Position numbers and translations under genes: made by a program. Shown here in pieces: positions 42,558 through 51,837 of a stretch of 64,000 bases of DNA. Each line of letters opens with the position of its first letter. The stretch's first letter is position 1. Below the pieces are notes generated by a model. It was not told where the DNA came from. It saw only the letters and a list, made by a program, of their open reading frames with translations, and did no database searches. This stretch comes from Nitrosopumilus sp. (GTDB lineage Archaea > Thermoproteota > Nitrososphaeria > Nitrososphaerales > Nitrosopumilaceae). The DNA lies in the NCBI GenBank assembly GCA_965218695.1, contig OZ244651.1, positions 1,952,001-2,016,000 of the forward strand, read 5' to 3'.

Positions 42558-44123
42558 TCACGGTTTGGCGTTCTGGCCAGATGGCAGAATACGCAGGTGG
42601 GGGTTTTTCTTCAGGCCGTATATGAGAGTCACGGGTGCTGCAACATACATGCCCACGTTTAACAGAATTACGCCAATTCCATACCCTATCATCTCTGCCT
42701 CCGAGTCAATGCCGGCGTGGTTGAGAAGTGGCAGTGTCGCGAGGAGTGGGGTAATTGCCAGCCTGACGGCCTCTTTGAATACGGGATTCTGACGCTCCAT
42801 GTCAGCTATTGCAGGCGAGAATGAATAGTACAGTTGGTTGAACCCCGTCATGAATGCAGAGCCGGATGCCGTTGCGAGCACCGTGTTGTCACGCAGCTCA
42901 CGCAGTTGCTGAATCTGGGGCGCAAACTCAGAACCAATTGTTGCAGTTGCAATTAGGCACCCGCCGCCATCAAATCCCGGTCGATCCTCTGCCGGTATGG
43001 GTGACTCAGAGAGGATCTCAAAGGAGTCTAGGGTGTTCTGAAACGCCGAGAGTTGTGAACCAAAGTCCTCTATTCCGTTGGCATAGGTGATGGTATAGAT
43101 GTTGTCAGCGCCATAAACCACAACCTCTTGGAATCTTGTGTCAAATTCTGCGCCGTCAGCAGTGGATGCGCCGTCAGCGACGGTCACGTACGCAAAATGG
43201 TCGTTAAGGGTAAGGACCTCCCGTGAGACGATGTCTATTGTTCCCGCAGCCGCGATCTCATCAATCCGTAAAGAGGTCTCAGTAAAGATGTCATCGGTGG
43301 TCCTCTGGTTGGTGCTCTCTATTATTATGGAGATGAAGGGGGTCAGGGTGCCGGTCTTGGGCCCCACCGCGACCACGTTGGGGACGCCCCCGCCTGCGTT
43401 TGGAGGCTCCTGCAAGAGCCAACCGCCGGGCGCGTTGAAGGCAAACTGGTATTCTTGGCTTTCAAATCTCTGACTACCCGATGTTGGAGTCGTAGAGGAA
43501 GTGGGGGGGGAGTCTGTGCGTTCGGGTTCTGGCAGTTCAAGAAGATCCCAGACGTCGAAACGATCCACTATGTCTATTTTTGTTATTCTCACCTTCCCCG
43601 GATCTAGGGGGGCGTCTCTGTTTCCGGTGGGGGCGGCGGCAATAAGATCCAGAGTCTGGAAGCTTTCCTCGGTTACAATCCGTCCAAACACGGTATATTG
43701 TTCATCAAGAAAGGTAGAGTCCTGATGGACTATGAAGAATTGTGAGCCGGCACTGTTTGGATCAGTTGCTCTTGCCATGGACACGATTCCGCGGTTGTGT
43801 TTTATGGTGTTAAACTCGGCATCTACGTTGTCTGCTGGGCCTCCCTGACCCCAGGTTGAAGGATCGCCGCTTATTGTGTTGGGATCCCCTCCCTGAATCA
43901 TAAAGCCGGGAATTATTCTATGAAAGATGGTTCCGTCATAGAATTCGGTTTCTGCTAGTCTTACAAAATTCTCAACGTGGTCTGGTGCATCGTCCGGAAA
44001 GAACTCCAAGGTTATATCCCCAAGATCGGTCTCAATTACAGCCAAGGTTTCGGATTGTGCATGTGCCTGAACACTAGACAGTATGAGAAGGAGTGGCACG
44101 AAAAATAACAATAATTTATTCAA
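42558..44123 (-). CDS. Secreted cyclophilin-type peptidylprolyl isomerase with C-terminal CFI-box-CTERM-like domain
   Basis: FHRIIPGFMIQGGDP, SAGSQFF, YTVFG; GGGCLIATA..LRELRD..YY followed by TM; start inferred. Confidence 0.88.
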   Translation of the reverse strand: MNKLLLFFVPLLLILSSVQAHAQSETLAVIETDLGDITLEFFPDDAPDHVENFVRLAETEFYDGTIFHRIIPGFMIQGGDPNTISGDPSTWGQGGPADNVDAEFNTIKHNRGIVSMARATDPNSAGSQFFIVHQDSTFLDEQYTVFGRIVTEESFQTLDLIAAAPTGNRDAPLDPGKVRITKIDIVDRFDVWDLLELPEPERTDSPPTSSTTPTSGSQRFESQEYQFAFNAPGGWLLQEPPNAGGGVPNVVAVGPKTGTLTPFISIIIESTNQRTTDDIFTETSLRIDEIAAAGTIDIVSREVLTLNDHFAYVTVADGASTADGAEFDTRFQEVVVYGADNIYTITYANGIEDFGSQLSAFQNTLDSFEILSESPIPAEDRPGFDGGGCLIATATIGSEFAPQIQQLRELRDNTVLATASGSAFMTGFNQLYYSFSPAIADMERQNPVFKEAVRLAITPLLATLPLLNHAGIDSEAEMIGYGIGVILLNVGMYVAAPVTLIYGLKKNPHLRILPSGQNAKP

Positions 44124-44228
44124 TGGTGTTATCGCATAATTCCTACTTAAAAGTTGTAACAGCCGGCGCATGCGTTCCTGCAACCACGCAAGCTAATAGT
44201 ATTTAACAAAGACGTCTGGGTTAGCAGT

Positions 44229-44720
44229 ATGCAGCCAGACGAGAGGATTCAGGCACATTTGGTCTCGGTTTGGAGGGAATCCAAAAAGTTTCTTTCGATT
44301 GGGGGCAGGGAAGGGATGTTGGTACTTACGGACAGGCATCTAATGTTTATCCATAAAACGGAGGCAAAGATAAACTGGTGGAGGGCCATAACCCAGAGAC
44401 AGGTGATTAACTTTATCAGATCAAGGAATACGATGATCCGGCACGATGGTTATGATGAGGAGGAGTTGATGGACGATCTTGAAAATGAGAAGAACGTGGA
44501 GGTTGCCTTTGACGACATATCTGCCATAGAGTACGAGGAGAAGGTTTGGGGCAGCGTGCTACAGTTGGAATATGAAAAGGGCGGAAAACGTGAGAGCCAC
44601 CAATACACCATAGCCCAAGACTGGGTAAAGTACCCGGCCAAGGAGCCTACAAAGTACATGAAGGTGGACTGGGGGCCCTTTGTACAATATATTAAGGAAC
44701 GGCAGAGGTTTACAAGATAA
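44229..44720 (+). CDS. Hypothetical protein (PH/GRAM-like)
   Basis: GMLVLTDRHLMF motif. Confidence 0.65.
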   Translation: MQPDERIQAHLVSVWRESKKFLSIGGREGMLVLTDRHLMFIHKTEAKINWWRAITQRQVINFIRSRNTMIRHDGYDEEELMDDLENEKNVEVAFDDISAIEYEEKVWGSVLQLEYEKGGKRESHQYTIAQDWVKYPAKEPTKYMKVDWGPFVQYIKERQRFTR

Positions 44721-44722
44721 GA

Positions 44723-45445
44723 TTGGGAAGGGTGTTTGCCGTCGGCGTCGGTCCTGGCTCTCCAATGTATGTGACCGGGGTCGTAAGGGATATCGTGTTG
44801 AGGTGTGATGTGGTGGTTGGCTACAGATACACGCTAAAGACCATAGAGGATCTACTTCGTGGAAAGGAGGTTCATGAGATTACCATGGGAAACCAGGAGG
44901 AGGTGTATCACGGCGTTCTGCAGGAGCTTGGTGATAGGGTGTTGGTGATTCCATTTACAGGAGATGTGAATTTTTCAGAGTCAGAGGTGGTCGACAGGTT
45001 GGTGGAGATCTTCGGTGCGGTGGAGATCGTCCCTGGCATTAGTTCAATCCAAGTTGCAGCTTCCAGGGCGCAGGTTCCCCTTGACAAGTCCAAGGTAATC
45101 ACGATGCATGTAACTGCCCCGATCGAAGACAAGAAGGCAGAGATGAAGGAGGCGTTAGGCGGGGGCCTTAATGTCATCGTGGTTCCAAGGCCGTGGCCCA
45201 GACAGCCTGACAAGCATTTCATGCCCTCGGAGATAGCCGGATATCTCAGGGAGTCCGGCTTTGACACCGGGAGAATGACGGTGCATGTCTATGAGGCATT
45301 GACTACCCCCGATGAGACCAGTTTTAGTGGGATGGTGAGGGAATTGGAGGGGAGGGAATTTTCAGACATGTCTGTAATGGTGTTCAGCCAGACAAAACCC
45401 GACTCGTATATCAATTATAGGTGGCAGTGGGAGGAGAGTCGGTAA
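44723..45445 (+). CDS. cbiE: Cobalamin-biosynthesis tetrapyrrole methyltransferase (CbiE-like)
   Basis: VGVGPG, TGD, IVPGISSIQ. Confidence 0.8.
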   Translation: MGRVFAVGVGPGSPMYVTGVVRDIVLRCDVVVGYRYTLKTIEDLLRGKEVHEITMGNQEEVYHGVLQELGDRVLVIPFTGDVNFSESEVVDRLVEIFGAVEIVPGISSIQVAASRAQVPLDKSKVITMHVTAPIEDKKAEMKEALGGGLNVIVVPRPWPRQPDKHFMPSEIAGYLRESGFDTGRMTVHVYEALTTPDETSFSGMVRELEGREFSDMSVMVFSQTKPDSYINYRWQWEESR

Positions 45446-45489
45446 TCCAGGCATGCCCAAAGCAGGGTGTTGTGTGCAGGCAGTCATGA

Positions 45490-46026
45490 TCAGTACAGTG
45501 GGGCACGAAGGCCGTCCTCTGCAACCAAGGTTATCAGGGCGTATTCGATGTATGCTCCTGCCAGAAGCAGCCCCAAGGCAGCCCCAATCTCTATCAGTGT
45601 CAGTTTAAGGTGTTTGGAAAGGCCGGTTCTCTTAACGATCGCCAGTATTAGAATAAAGCTTCTGGATACTCCAAGGGTGTATGCAACCACCTCCATCAGC
45701 CCAAACGGGGTAAGAAACAGTATGGACAGCGGGGAGACTCCTGCAAGTTGGGGGGTTGTGGAGGCGATTGCTGCAAAAGCAAATCCGGTGGACCATGCAG
45801 AGAACATTCCCCAGCCCAGCCCAAACCCGGGAATAAACATGGGCAGGGCTATGGTTGCATTGTGCTGGAAGATGCCAAACGCATCAATGCCCTCAATAAG
45901 ATCCCTGAATTCGTTCATGAATGTGTCTGCCTCCTCTGGACTTACCACGGTCATTGAGCCAATCTGATATATGGCAACAAAGGCTCCAAGAGATGCAAAA
46001 AATACAATTATCCGGGTACCGTCCAT
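45490..46026 (-). CDS. SpoIIM-family membrane protein
   Basis: IFQHN..MFIPG..PFGLME..AYIE. Confidence 0.75.
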   Translation of the reverse strand: MDGTRIIVFFASLGAFVAIYQIGSMTVVSPEEADTFMNEFRDLIEGIDAFGIFQHNATIALPMFIPGFGLGWGMFSAWSTGFAFAAIASTTPQLAGVSPLSILFLTPFGLMEVVAYTLGVSRSFILILAIVKRTGLSKHLKLTLIEIGAALGLLLAGAYIEYALITLVAEDGLRAPLY

Positions 46027-46186
46027 GTTGGGTTGGTTTTGCGATGGTATTTGAGGGTTGAGAGGTGTTAGTGTTGGGCCACGCATGTGGGGGTTTTCCT
46101 GCTTGGGTTAGTGCTTTTTCATTCTTTTGGCAAACATCAGTGTTGCGGGTGCGCGGCTCTGCATGCAGATTTAATTAAACCAGAGT

Positions 46187-47647
46187 ATGTTTGTTGGTGT
46201 GAATAGGGAGATCGCCTTTGTACTCAACTATGCGTTAAGCAAGGGTGTTCAGATTCACCCAGACGCCTTTAAGATTCTGACAGGGATAGATGGCGGGAGG
46301 CTTGAGAGGATCATCAAGGGAATAGTCAAGGAGAAGGCCAGGCAGGGGCAGTTTCAGATCAACAGGAGTGATTTGGAGGACTATCTTGGAATTAGTGAGG
46401 ATCCGTCGTTGCGGGGGGAGGTCAGGGTACAGTCTGACCCTACAGGCAGTGTTGCCACTGGGGAGGGGGTTAGTGGGTATAATGCCCTGTTTGCCAGTAG
46501 GTTCAACAAGTTAAAACAGATAATCTCCATGAGGCCAGAGGCCAGAATGCTCAAGACGGTTGCAGCAGCCAAGTCCCTTAAATCCGCAAAGCCCGGCGAC
46601 GATATCTATGTCTGTGGTTTGGTGTCTGAAAAGAACGTCAACAGGAATAGGATGGTTTTGGTTTTGGAGGATCCGACCGGAAATATTAGTGTGACGGTGT
46701 ATGACAACGAACTGCAAAAGACTGCAGACACCCTCTTGTCGGATCAGTTTATCATGGTCAGGATCGGTCTGGGGAAAACCGGTTTTGCTATGAGGGATTT
46801 GATCTTTCCAGACATTCCAGACCACGCCCCAAACAAGGCCGAGAGTGATGTTTACGCGGTGTTTCTCTCGGATCTCCATGTAGGAAGTAAGTATTTCATG
46901 GAAGAGGAGTTTGTGCGGTTCGTCTCTTGGCTTTCAAGCCCGGATCCGGTGGCAAGAAAGGTTCGTTTTGTTTTGATTGCCGGGGACATAGTAGACGGTG
47001 TGGGAATATATCCAAACCAAGACAGGGAGTTGGTCTGCCAGACCATTGAAGAACAGCTTGCAATGGTCGAGGGTGTAATAGACAGGATTCCCAAAAACAT
47101 TAAGGTTGTAATCATGCCCGGGAACCACGATCCCGGCAGGAGGGCGCTGCCCCAGCCGGCAATTCCGCAGAAATACAACTCTGGTCTGTGGGAGAGGGAT
47201 AATGTCATAATGGTGGGCAACCCGGCGGTGGTCTCATTAAACGGGGTAAGGGTTCTGATGTTTCACGGGCAAAGTATTGATGATATTGTAAAGACCACGC
47301 CTGGTCTCAGTTACGACAAACCTGCAAAGGTAATGAAGCACCTACTCAAGGCGAGGCATTTAAGTCCAATTTATGGTAGCCAGACGCCGATAGCGCCGGA
47401 GGTGGAGGATTTCATGGTAATAGAGGATGTGCCGGACATATTCCACGCAGGACACGTTCATAGGGCAGAGTTGGATATGTACAGGGGGGTCCTGGTTATC
47501 AATTCCGGTTGTTGGCAGAGACAGACCCCTTTCCAGACCAGTGTTGGAATAACCCCCAACCCATGTATAGCATTCATAGTCAACCTGAAGACGTTTCGGG
47601 TACTCATGAGTGATTATATGAATTCAGATGATGTCGTGGAGGGTTAG
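46187..47647 (+). CDS. polD1: DNA polymerase D small subunit (DP1)
   Basis: OB fold LEDPTG; SDLHVGS, AGDIVDG, PGNHD, FHG, HAGHVH. Confidence 0.93.
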   Translation: MFVGVNREIAFVLNYALSKGVQIHPDAFKILTGIDGGRLERIIKGIVKEKARQGQFQINRSDLEDYLGISEDPSLRGEVRVQSDPTGSVATGEGVSGYNALFASRFNKLKQIISMRPEARMLKTVAAAKSLKSAKPGDDIYVCGLVSEKNVNRNRMVLVLEDPTGNISVTVYDNELQKTADTLLSDQFIMVRIGLGKTGFAMRDLIFPDIPDHAPNKAESDVYAVFLSDLHVGSKYFMEEEFVRFVSWLSSPDPVARKVRFVLIAGDIVDGVGIYPNQDRELVCQTIEEQLAMVEGVIDRIPKNIKVVIMPGNHDPGRRALPQPAIPQKYNSGLWERDNVIMVGNPAVVSLNGVRVLMFHGQSIDDIVKTTPGLSYDKPAKVMKHLLKARHLSPIYGSQTPIAPEVEDFMVIEDVPDIFHAGHVHRAELDMYRGVLVINSGCWQRQTPFQTSVGITPNPCIAFIVNLKTFRVLMSDYMNSDDVVEG

Positions 47648-48835
47648 GTCGTCTTGGAACGCCTTTTTTACCATCTCAGACGAGACCGTAATTTTGTATT
47701 TTTTTGTCCTTCCATGAATTCCTTGGTGGATCAGCCTGCCTGAGATAATCCCAGACAGTTCAATCTCGCTTAACATTTGGGTAATTCGTCTCTGGGTGAG
47801 GTTGTCCCTCCCGACGACCTTGCAGAGGCTCTTGTAGGAGGCGTATATCTCTCCGGTACTTGATCCGTTTGCCTTTATTATTGCCAGAATTAGTAGTTTT
47901 TCGTGTAGTGGGTAGGATCTGAGTGATGCCTCCTCCTTGTTTTCCTCTATTTTTTGGGAGGCCTCCCGGACATTGTCTGCCGTTACGTGGCCGGACTGTC
48001 GCCGTTCTGCAATCTCGCCGGCCACACGAATCAGATCTATCGCCCTTCTAGCATCCCCGTGTTCGCTTCCCGCAAGAGCGGCGCACAGGTTTAGTGCAGA
48101 TTCCTCAACAGATCCGGTCACAAATGCCTTGTTGATTCTCTCCTGAAGGATTTTTTTGATTTGTTCTGTGTTGTAGTTGGGAAAGACGATCTCCTCCTCC
48201 CCCAAGCTGCTGATTACTCTGGGATCCAGTTTCTCTTTAAATGTTAGATCGTTTGAGATGCCTACTATTGTAAGGAACCCCATGCCCAGTCTCTCGTTTG
48301 CCCTGGTAAGTTGGTATAAGATGTCTTTTTTGGTTTTTGTGACTAGTTGTGCTAGGTAGTCAATCTCATCTATTACAAATATTGTGTTAAGTTTATCGTG
48401 GTTAATTTTGTTTAGTAGTCTTTTAAATACCTCGCTAATTGCAAGGCCGGTGATTGGTAGTTCCCGTTCCTCAATACCAAGCTGCCTGCCCATATTTACC
48501 AACAACCCGTAAAGTGTGGTCTCTTCCTTAGCATTGGAGTAGATTAGTTTGATTGGAAAGTTTGATTTTTCTACCCTGTCCTGAATCTTTGATATCACTT
48601 TCTTAACCACCAGTGTTTTGCCGGTGCCTGGTTTGCCATACACCAAGAGGTTTGACGGCCTTGATTGTTTCAGGATTGGGAGTAGTGATTGGGTAACTGT
48701 CTCCTGTTCTGCATCCCTATGAAGAATGGTGTCTGGTATGTATGTGAGGTGGAGTATGTCTCTGTTCTGAATGATCACGTCTCCAGACTCGGCTGCGTCA
48801 AGCAACCTATCTATCGGATCAGACAACCCACACAC
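47624..48835 (-). CDS. cdc6: Orc1/Cdc6 replication initiator
   Basis: GKPGTGKT, IDEID, LDPRVISSL, HGDARRA, C-terminal wHTH GRTK. Confidence 0.95.
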   Translation of the reverse strand: MCGLSDPIDRLLDAAESGDVIIQNRDILHLTYIPDTILHRDAEQETVTQSLLPILKQSRPSNLLVYGKPGTGKTLVVKKVISKIQDRVEKSNFPIKLIYSNAKEETTLYGLLVNMGRQLGIEERELPITGLAISEVFKRLLNKINHDKLNTIFVIDEIDYLAQLVTKTKKDILYQLTRANERLGMGFLTIVGISNDLTFKEKLDPRVISSLGEEEIVFPNYNTEQIKKILQERINKAFVTGSVEESALNLCAALAGSEHGDARRAIDLIRVAGEIAERRQSGHVTADNVREASQKIEENKEEASLRSYPLHEKLLILAIIKANGSSTGEIYASYKSLCKVVGRDNLTQRRITQMLSEIELSGIISGRLIHQGIHGRTKKYKITVSSEMVKKAFQDDLTLHDII

Positions 48836-48839
48836 CTAT

Positions 48840-49280
48840 GTTTCCTGTCAACACCATCTAACCTATCTCCTTTCTGGTTTAGGGTGGAATGGTTATTCTA
48901 GTTAAGTTTGTAATTAATTATTTTTGCTTTAAAAAAAATTAAGAAAAGAGCAGAGTGGAAATACAGGTGTGTGGGTTGCCGTGGGCCTGCAGTTAACATT
49001 GTGTTGGATGTTTGTTAAGAAACACACCAAAAAGGGTGTTTCTGACCCCTTCATTTCCACTCCAGGCGTTAAGATGGGTCTTAACAGGGTTAACATGTGG
49101 TTTCTGACCCCTTCATTTCCACTCCAGTCACAAACAGGGCAGTTTTCCATCAACCACACTCACCAACGCGTTAACAACACCAACCACCCAGAACCCCCTA
49201 GGCAGTCAATGTTAACAAACCAATTCATTAACAAATTTTAAAGGATCCATTAATCTGTTAACGGCAGATCCATATGATCC
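48840..49280. other. Probable chromosomal replication origin (oriC)
   Basis: Directly upstream of cdc6; identical 28-bp ORB repeats GTTTCTGACCCCTTCATTTCCACTCCAG at 49038-65 and 49100-27; inverted ORB-like CAGAGTGGAAATACAGG at 48951; AT-rich tract about 48900-48947. Confidence 0.88.
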
Positions 49281-49281
49281 C

Positions 49282-49662
49282 ATGACAAGGAAACGGATCC
49301 GGATAGACATGGAGGACTCTGACGGGGCCAAATATGACATAAAACTGGAAGGAAACGTCACCCGAGAGAAAATTCTGAAGATCTTTGAGATGATGGATCT
49401 GATGAACATCGAGGAGGAACCAAAAACACCCAACATAGACTCAACGGGATCAAAGATCTGGCACACTGTGGATAAATTCTTCCCTACAGGAAATTTTACC
49501 TCCACAAACATACTTGAAAAGTATGAAGACGAGTTCAACGAACCAATCAAACTAAGCATAATATCCACATACCTATCACGGTTCTCATCAAAAGGGAAGA
49601 TCGGCAGAACCAGAACCGGCCGGGAATGGATCTACCAAACCACAAAGATCACCCAAAAATAG
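49282..49662 (+). CDS. Origin-adjacent protein with predicted C-terminal winged helix
   Basis: FTSTNI..IKLSIISTYLSRF..G.I.R.R.GREWIY resembles a wHTH. Confidence 0.75.
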   Translation: MTRKRIRIDMEDSDGAKYDIKLEGNVTREKILKIFEMMDLMNIEEEPKTPNIDSTGSKIWHTVDKFFPTGNFTSTNILEKYEDEFNEPIKLSIISTYLSRFSSKGKIGRTRTGREWIYQTTKITQK

Positions 49663-49943
49663 GCAACCCCTACCCCACACAAACTTACTGCGGCACTGCA
49701 TTCTGATGGTTGCGTGTGGGTGTTGTGAGATTAAGAGGATCCAAGGCCACAAACCCACACACACCCAAGACCAACACGTTAATGACGATTTATGGTCTTG
49801 GCCGTGTGACGTTTCAACCACACACAACACACGCCCCAAACACACCATTCATGGTCCAAACCAACCCGTTGTGGAACCGGCACACACCCTATTACACGAA
49901 CGCCCTGTTCGTGTTGGAGACATTCTACAGGAACCACCCCACA

Positions 49944-50540
49944 CTATATTTTGATCCTTGTCATACCCTTCTCCGTTATGGAGTACGTGTATGGTTTTGA
50001 TTCCATATTTCTCACCACACATCCCTCATCATACAACCTCTTCATTAACCGTGACGTGTGTTCCCTGCTCTTTTTTAACATGGTTTGTATATCACGTGAC
50101 GTCATTGGGTTATTTGTGATTAAATGCAACACATAATCTGTAGAGTTAAGGTGTTTGTTGGTGGTTTCTGGTAATGTAGCAACCTCTGGGCTGGTTGTGG
50201 TTTCTGGTTGCTGTGGTGGTTGTGTTTTGTTTGGCGTGGTTCTTGTTCCTTCCCCCCCCCAACTGGTGTGTGGCCGCACCGAAACCTGTTCCTGGACACC
50301 ACTTTTTACACCCTGCACACCCAAACCATCCAAACGTATTTTCATGTCTATTATCTGCCTCTCATAATACCTGAGCAGCTCCGAACGTGCGTCATCATCG
50401 GTCTTGTTTTTAGATTTGAAGTGTGCATTGATGATATAATACACATACACGCCCCCCACACCCACCAAAAACGCAACAATCACACTAAGAATCACCCCCA
50501 AATTCGGAATCTCTACCAACATCACAATATCTGCAACCAC
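49944..50540 (-). CDS. Predicted membrane-anchored winged-helix DNA-binding protein
   Basis: N-terminal TM, short coiled coil, P/T/Q linker, wHTH MTSRDIQ..SREHTSRLMKRLYDEG..KPYTYSITEKG. Confidence 0.78.
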   Translation of the reverse strand: MVADIVMLVEIPNLGVILSVIVAFLVGVGGVYVYYIINAHFKSKNKTDDDARSELLRYYERQIIDMKIRLDGLGVQGVKSGVQEQVSVRPHTSWGGEGTRTTPNKTQPPQQPETTTSPEVATLPETTNKHLNSTDYVLHLITNNPMTSRDIQTMLKKSREHTSRLMKRLYDEGCVVRNMESKPYTYSITEKGMTRIKI

Positions 50541-50770
50541 ACTGTGATTTATTGTAACCGAATTAGATGATTTTACATTTTACGTTGACAAATTACACAC
50601 ATGGTCACACCTAACCCCAACAAAACAACCCCAACAACCAGACCATCACAACCTAACCATTTGCCGGATCAGCTTTTCTATCACATCAACCACCTCCTTC
50701 TCCTTTTCTGGTAACACATCACCATCTTTTATCACACTAACCTGATCTGAAATTTGTAAAATCACATCAA
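50479..50770. repeat. Dense array of ATCACA motifs
   Basis: ATCACA at 50479, 50521, 50645, 50680, 50731, 50761; TGTGAT at 50543; GTCACA at 50604. Confidence 0.7.
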
Positions 50771-51008
50771 TGTTATCAGGCACAAGTATGCCCAATCCGC
50801 GCAAAAGCACCACCGTGTAAAATAACGCAACCATCTTGTCTCTTGACTGACCCACCTGTCTATAGTATGCGCCTTTGGTGATTGCAAACTGCGCACGCTG
50901 CAGATCCATCTGATTTGAAATAATTTCAATTTGTCGTTCTGTAAACAAAGATTTTTTAATAATATGACGAATAACGTTGTTAAAACTGGATTGATTAGAA
51001 TCGGCCAT
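50646..51008 (-). CDS. Hypothetical protein, possible HTH
   Basis: SLFTERQIEII..ITKGAYYRQVGQSR. Confidence 0.7.
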   Translation of the reverse strand: MADSNQSSFNNVIRHIIKKSLFTERQIEIISNQMDLQRAQFAITKGAYYRQVGQSRDKMVALFYTVVLLRGLGILVPDNIDVILQISDQVSVIKDGDVLPEKEKEVVDVIEKLIRQMVRL

Positions 51009-51072
51009 AGCTATACAAATCTGTATGCAACACCACAATTAAACTTTAAAGCGTCATCTACAAACCAACCAC

Positions 51073-51837
51073 ATGGCGGGCAGAGTGGAGTCATTCCTAA
51101 GATCCGAACTAAGGGAGAAGGACACACTGCTCTTTGTACTGATAGACTCTGAGACATCAGATCTGGAGGCGTCTGCCAGATTGGCAGTTGATGTGGAGAA
51201 GATCGGAGCATCTGCAATCCTAGTTGGTGGTTCCTCCATTGCAGACCAGATGGGGATGGATGGTGTTGTTGCAGGAATAAAGAAGCGGGTTAAGATTCCC
51301 ATTATACTGTTCCCCGGTAACATAACTGGGGTCGTGCCTAGTGCAGACGCGATCCTGTTCAGCTCACTTATGAATTCTGAAAACCCATACTTTATTACAC
51401 AGGCCCAGGCGTTGGGAGCCCCAACCGTTGCCAGGTTTGGTTTGGAACCGCTACCCACAGCATATCTGGTGATAGGAGATGGAACATCTGCGTGGTTTGT
51501 CGGCTCTGCTCGAGGCATACCGTTTAACAAACCCAAAATAGCCGCCGCGTATGCTCTGGCAGCCAAGTTTCTGGGCATGAGGTTTGTGTACCTTGAGGCA
51601 GGCTCGGGAGCCAAAACCAACGTGACGCCCGAGATGGTCAGGACGGTTAGGATGACGTTCGATGGTTTTTTGATTGTTGGGGGAGGTATCAGAGACGCTG
51701 AAACCGCCAAAAGCTTGGCAAAGGCAGGCGCAGACGCCTTGGTTATTGGAACATTTCTTGAACAGGGCGGCCGTCTGGACAAGCTTCGGGGGATGGTAGA
51801 TGCCATCCAAAGCAGGGCACAACCACACCATGTCTGA
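51073..51837 (+). CDS. Geranylgeranylglyceryl phosphate synthase
   Basis: LVGGS, ILFPG, YLEAGSG, VGGGIR, VIGT. Confidence 0.92.
   Translation: MAGRVESFLRSELREKDTLLFVLIDSETSDLEASARLAVDVEKIGASAILVGGSSIADQMGMDGVVAGIKKRVKIPIILFPGNITGVVPSADAILFSSLMNSENPYFITQAQALGAPTVARFGLEPLPTAYLVIGDGTSAWFVGSARGIPFNKPKIAAAYALAAKFLGMRFVYLEAGSGAKTNVTPEMVRTVRMTFDGFLIVGGGIRDAETAKSLAKAGADALVIGTFLEQGGRLDKLRGMVDAIQSRAQPHHV

Noticed and set aside
49038-49127. Two 28-bp repeats with a 34-bp gap, resembling a mini-CRISPR
   Set aside because: The sequence matches the ORB consensus (GTGGAAA..GGGG) and lies beside cdc6.
49706-50000. Short + strand ORFs rich in His/Thr/Pro
   Set aside because: Explained by CA-rich low-complexity DNA.
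50252-50260. C9 homopolymer in the TM-wHTH gene as a phase-variation switch
   Set aside because: The frame is intact, and similar G/C runs occur elsewhere (about 37638, 43503) without a pattern.
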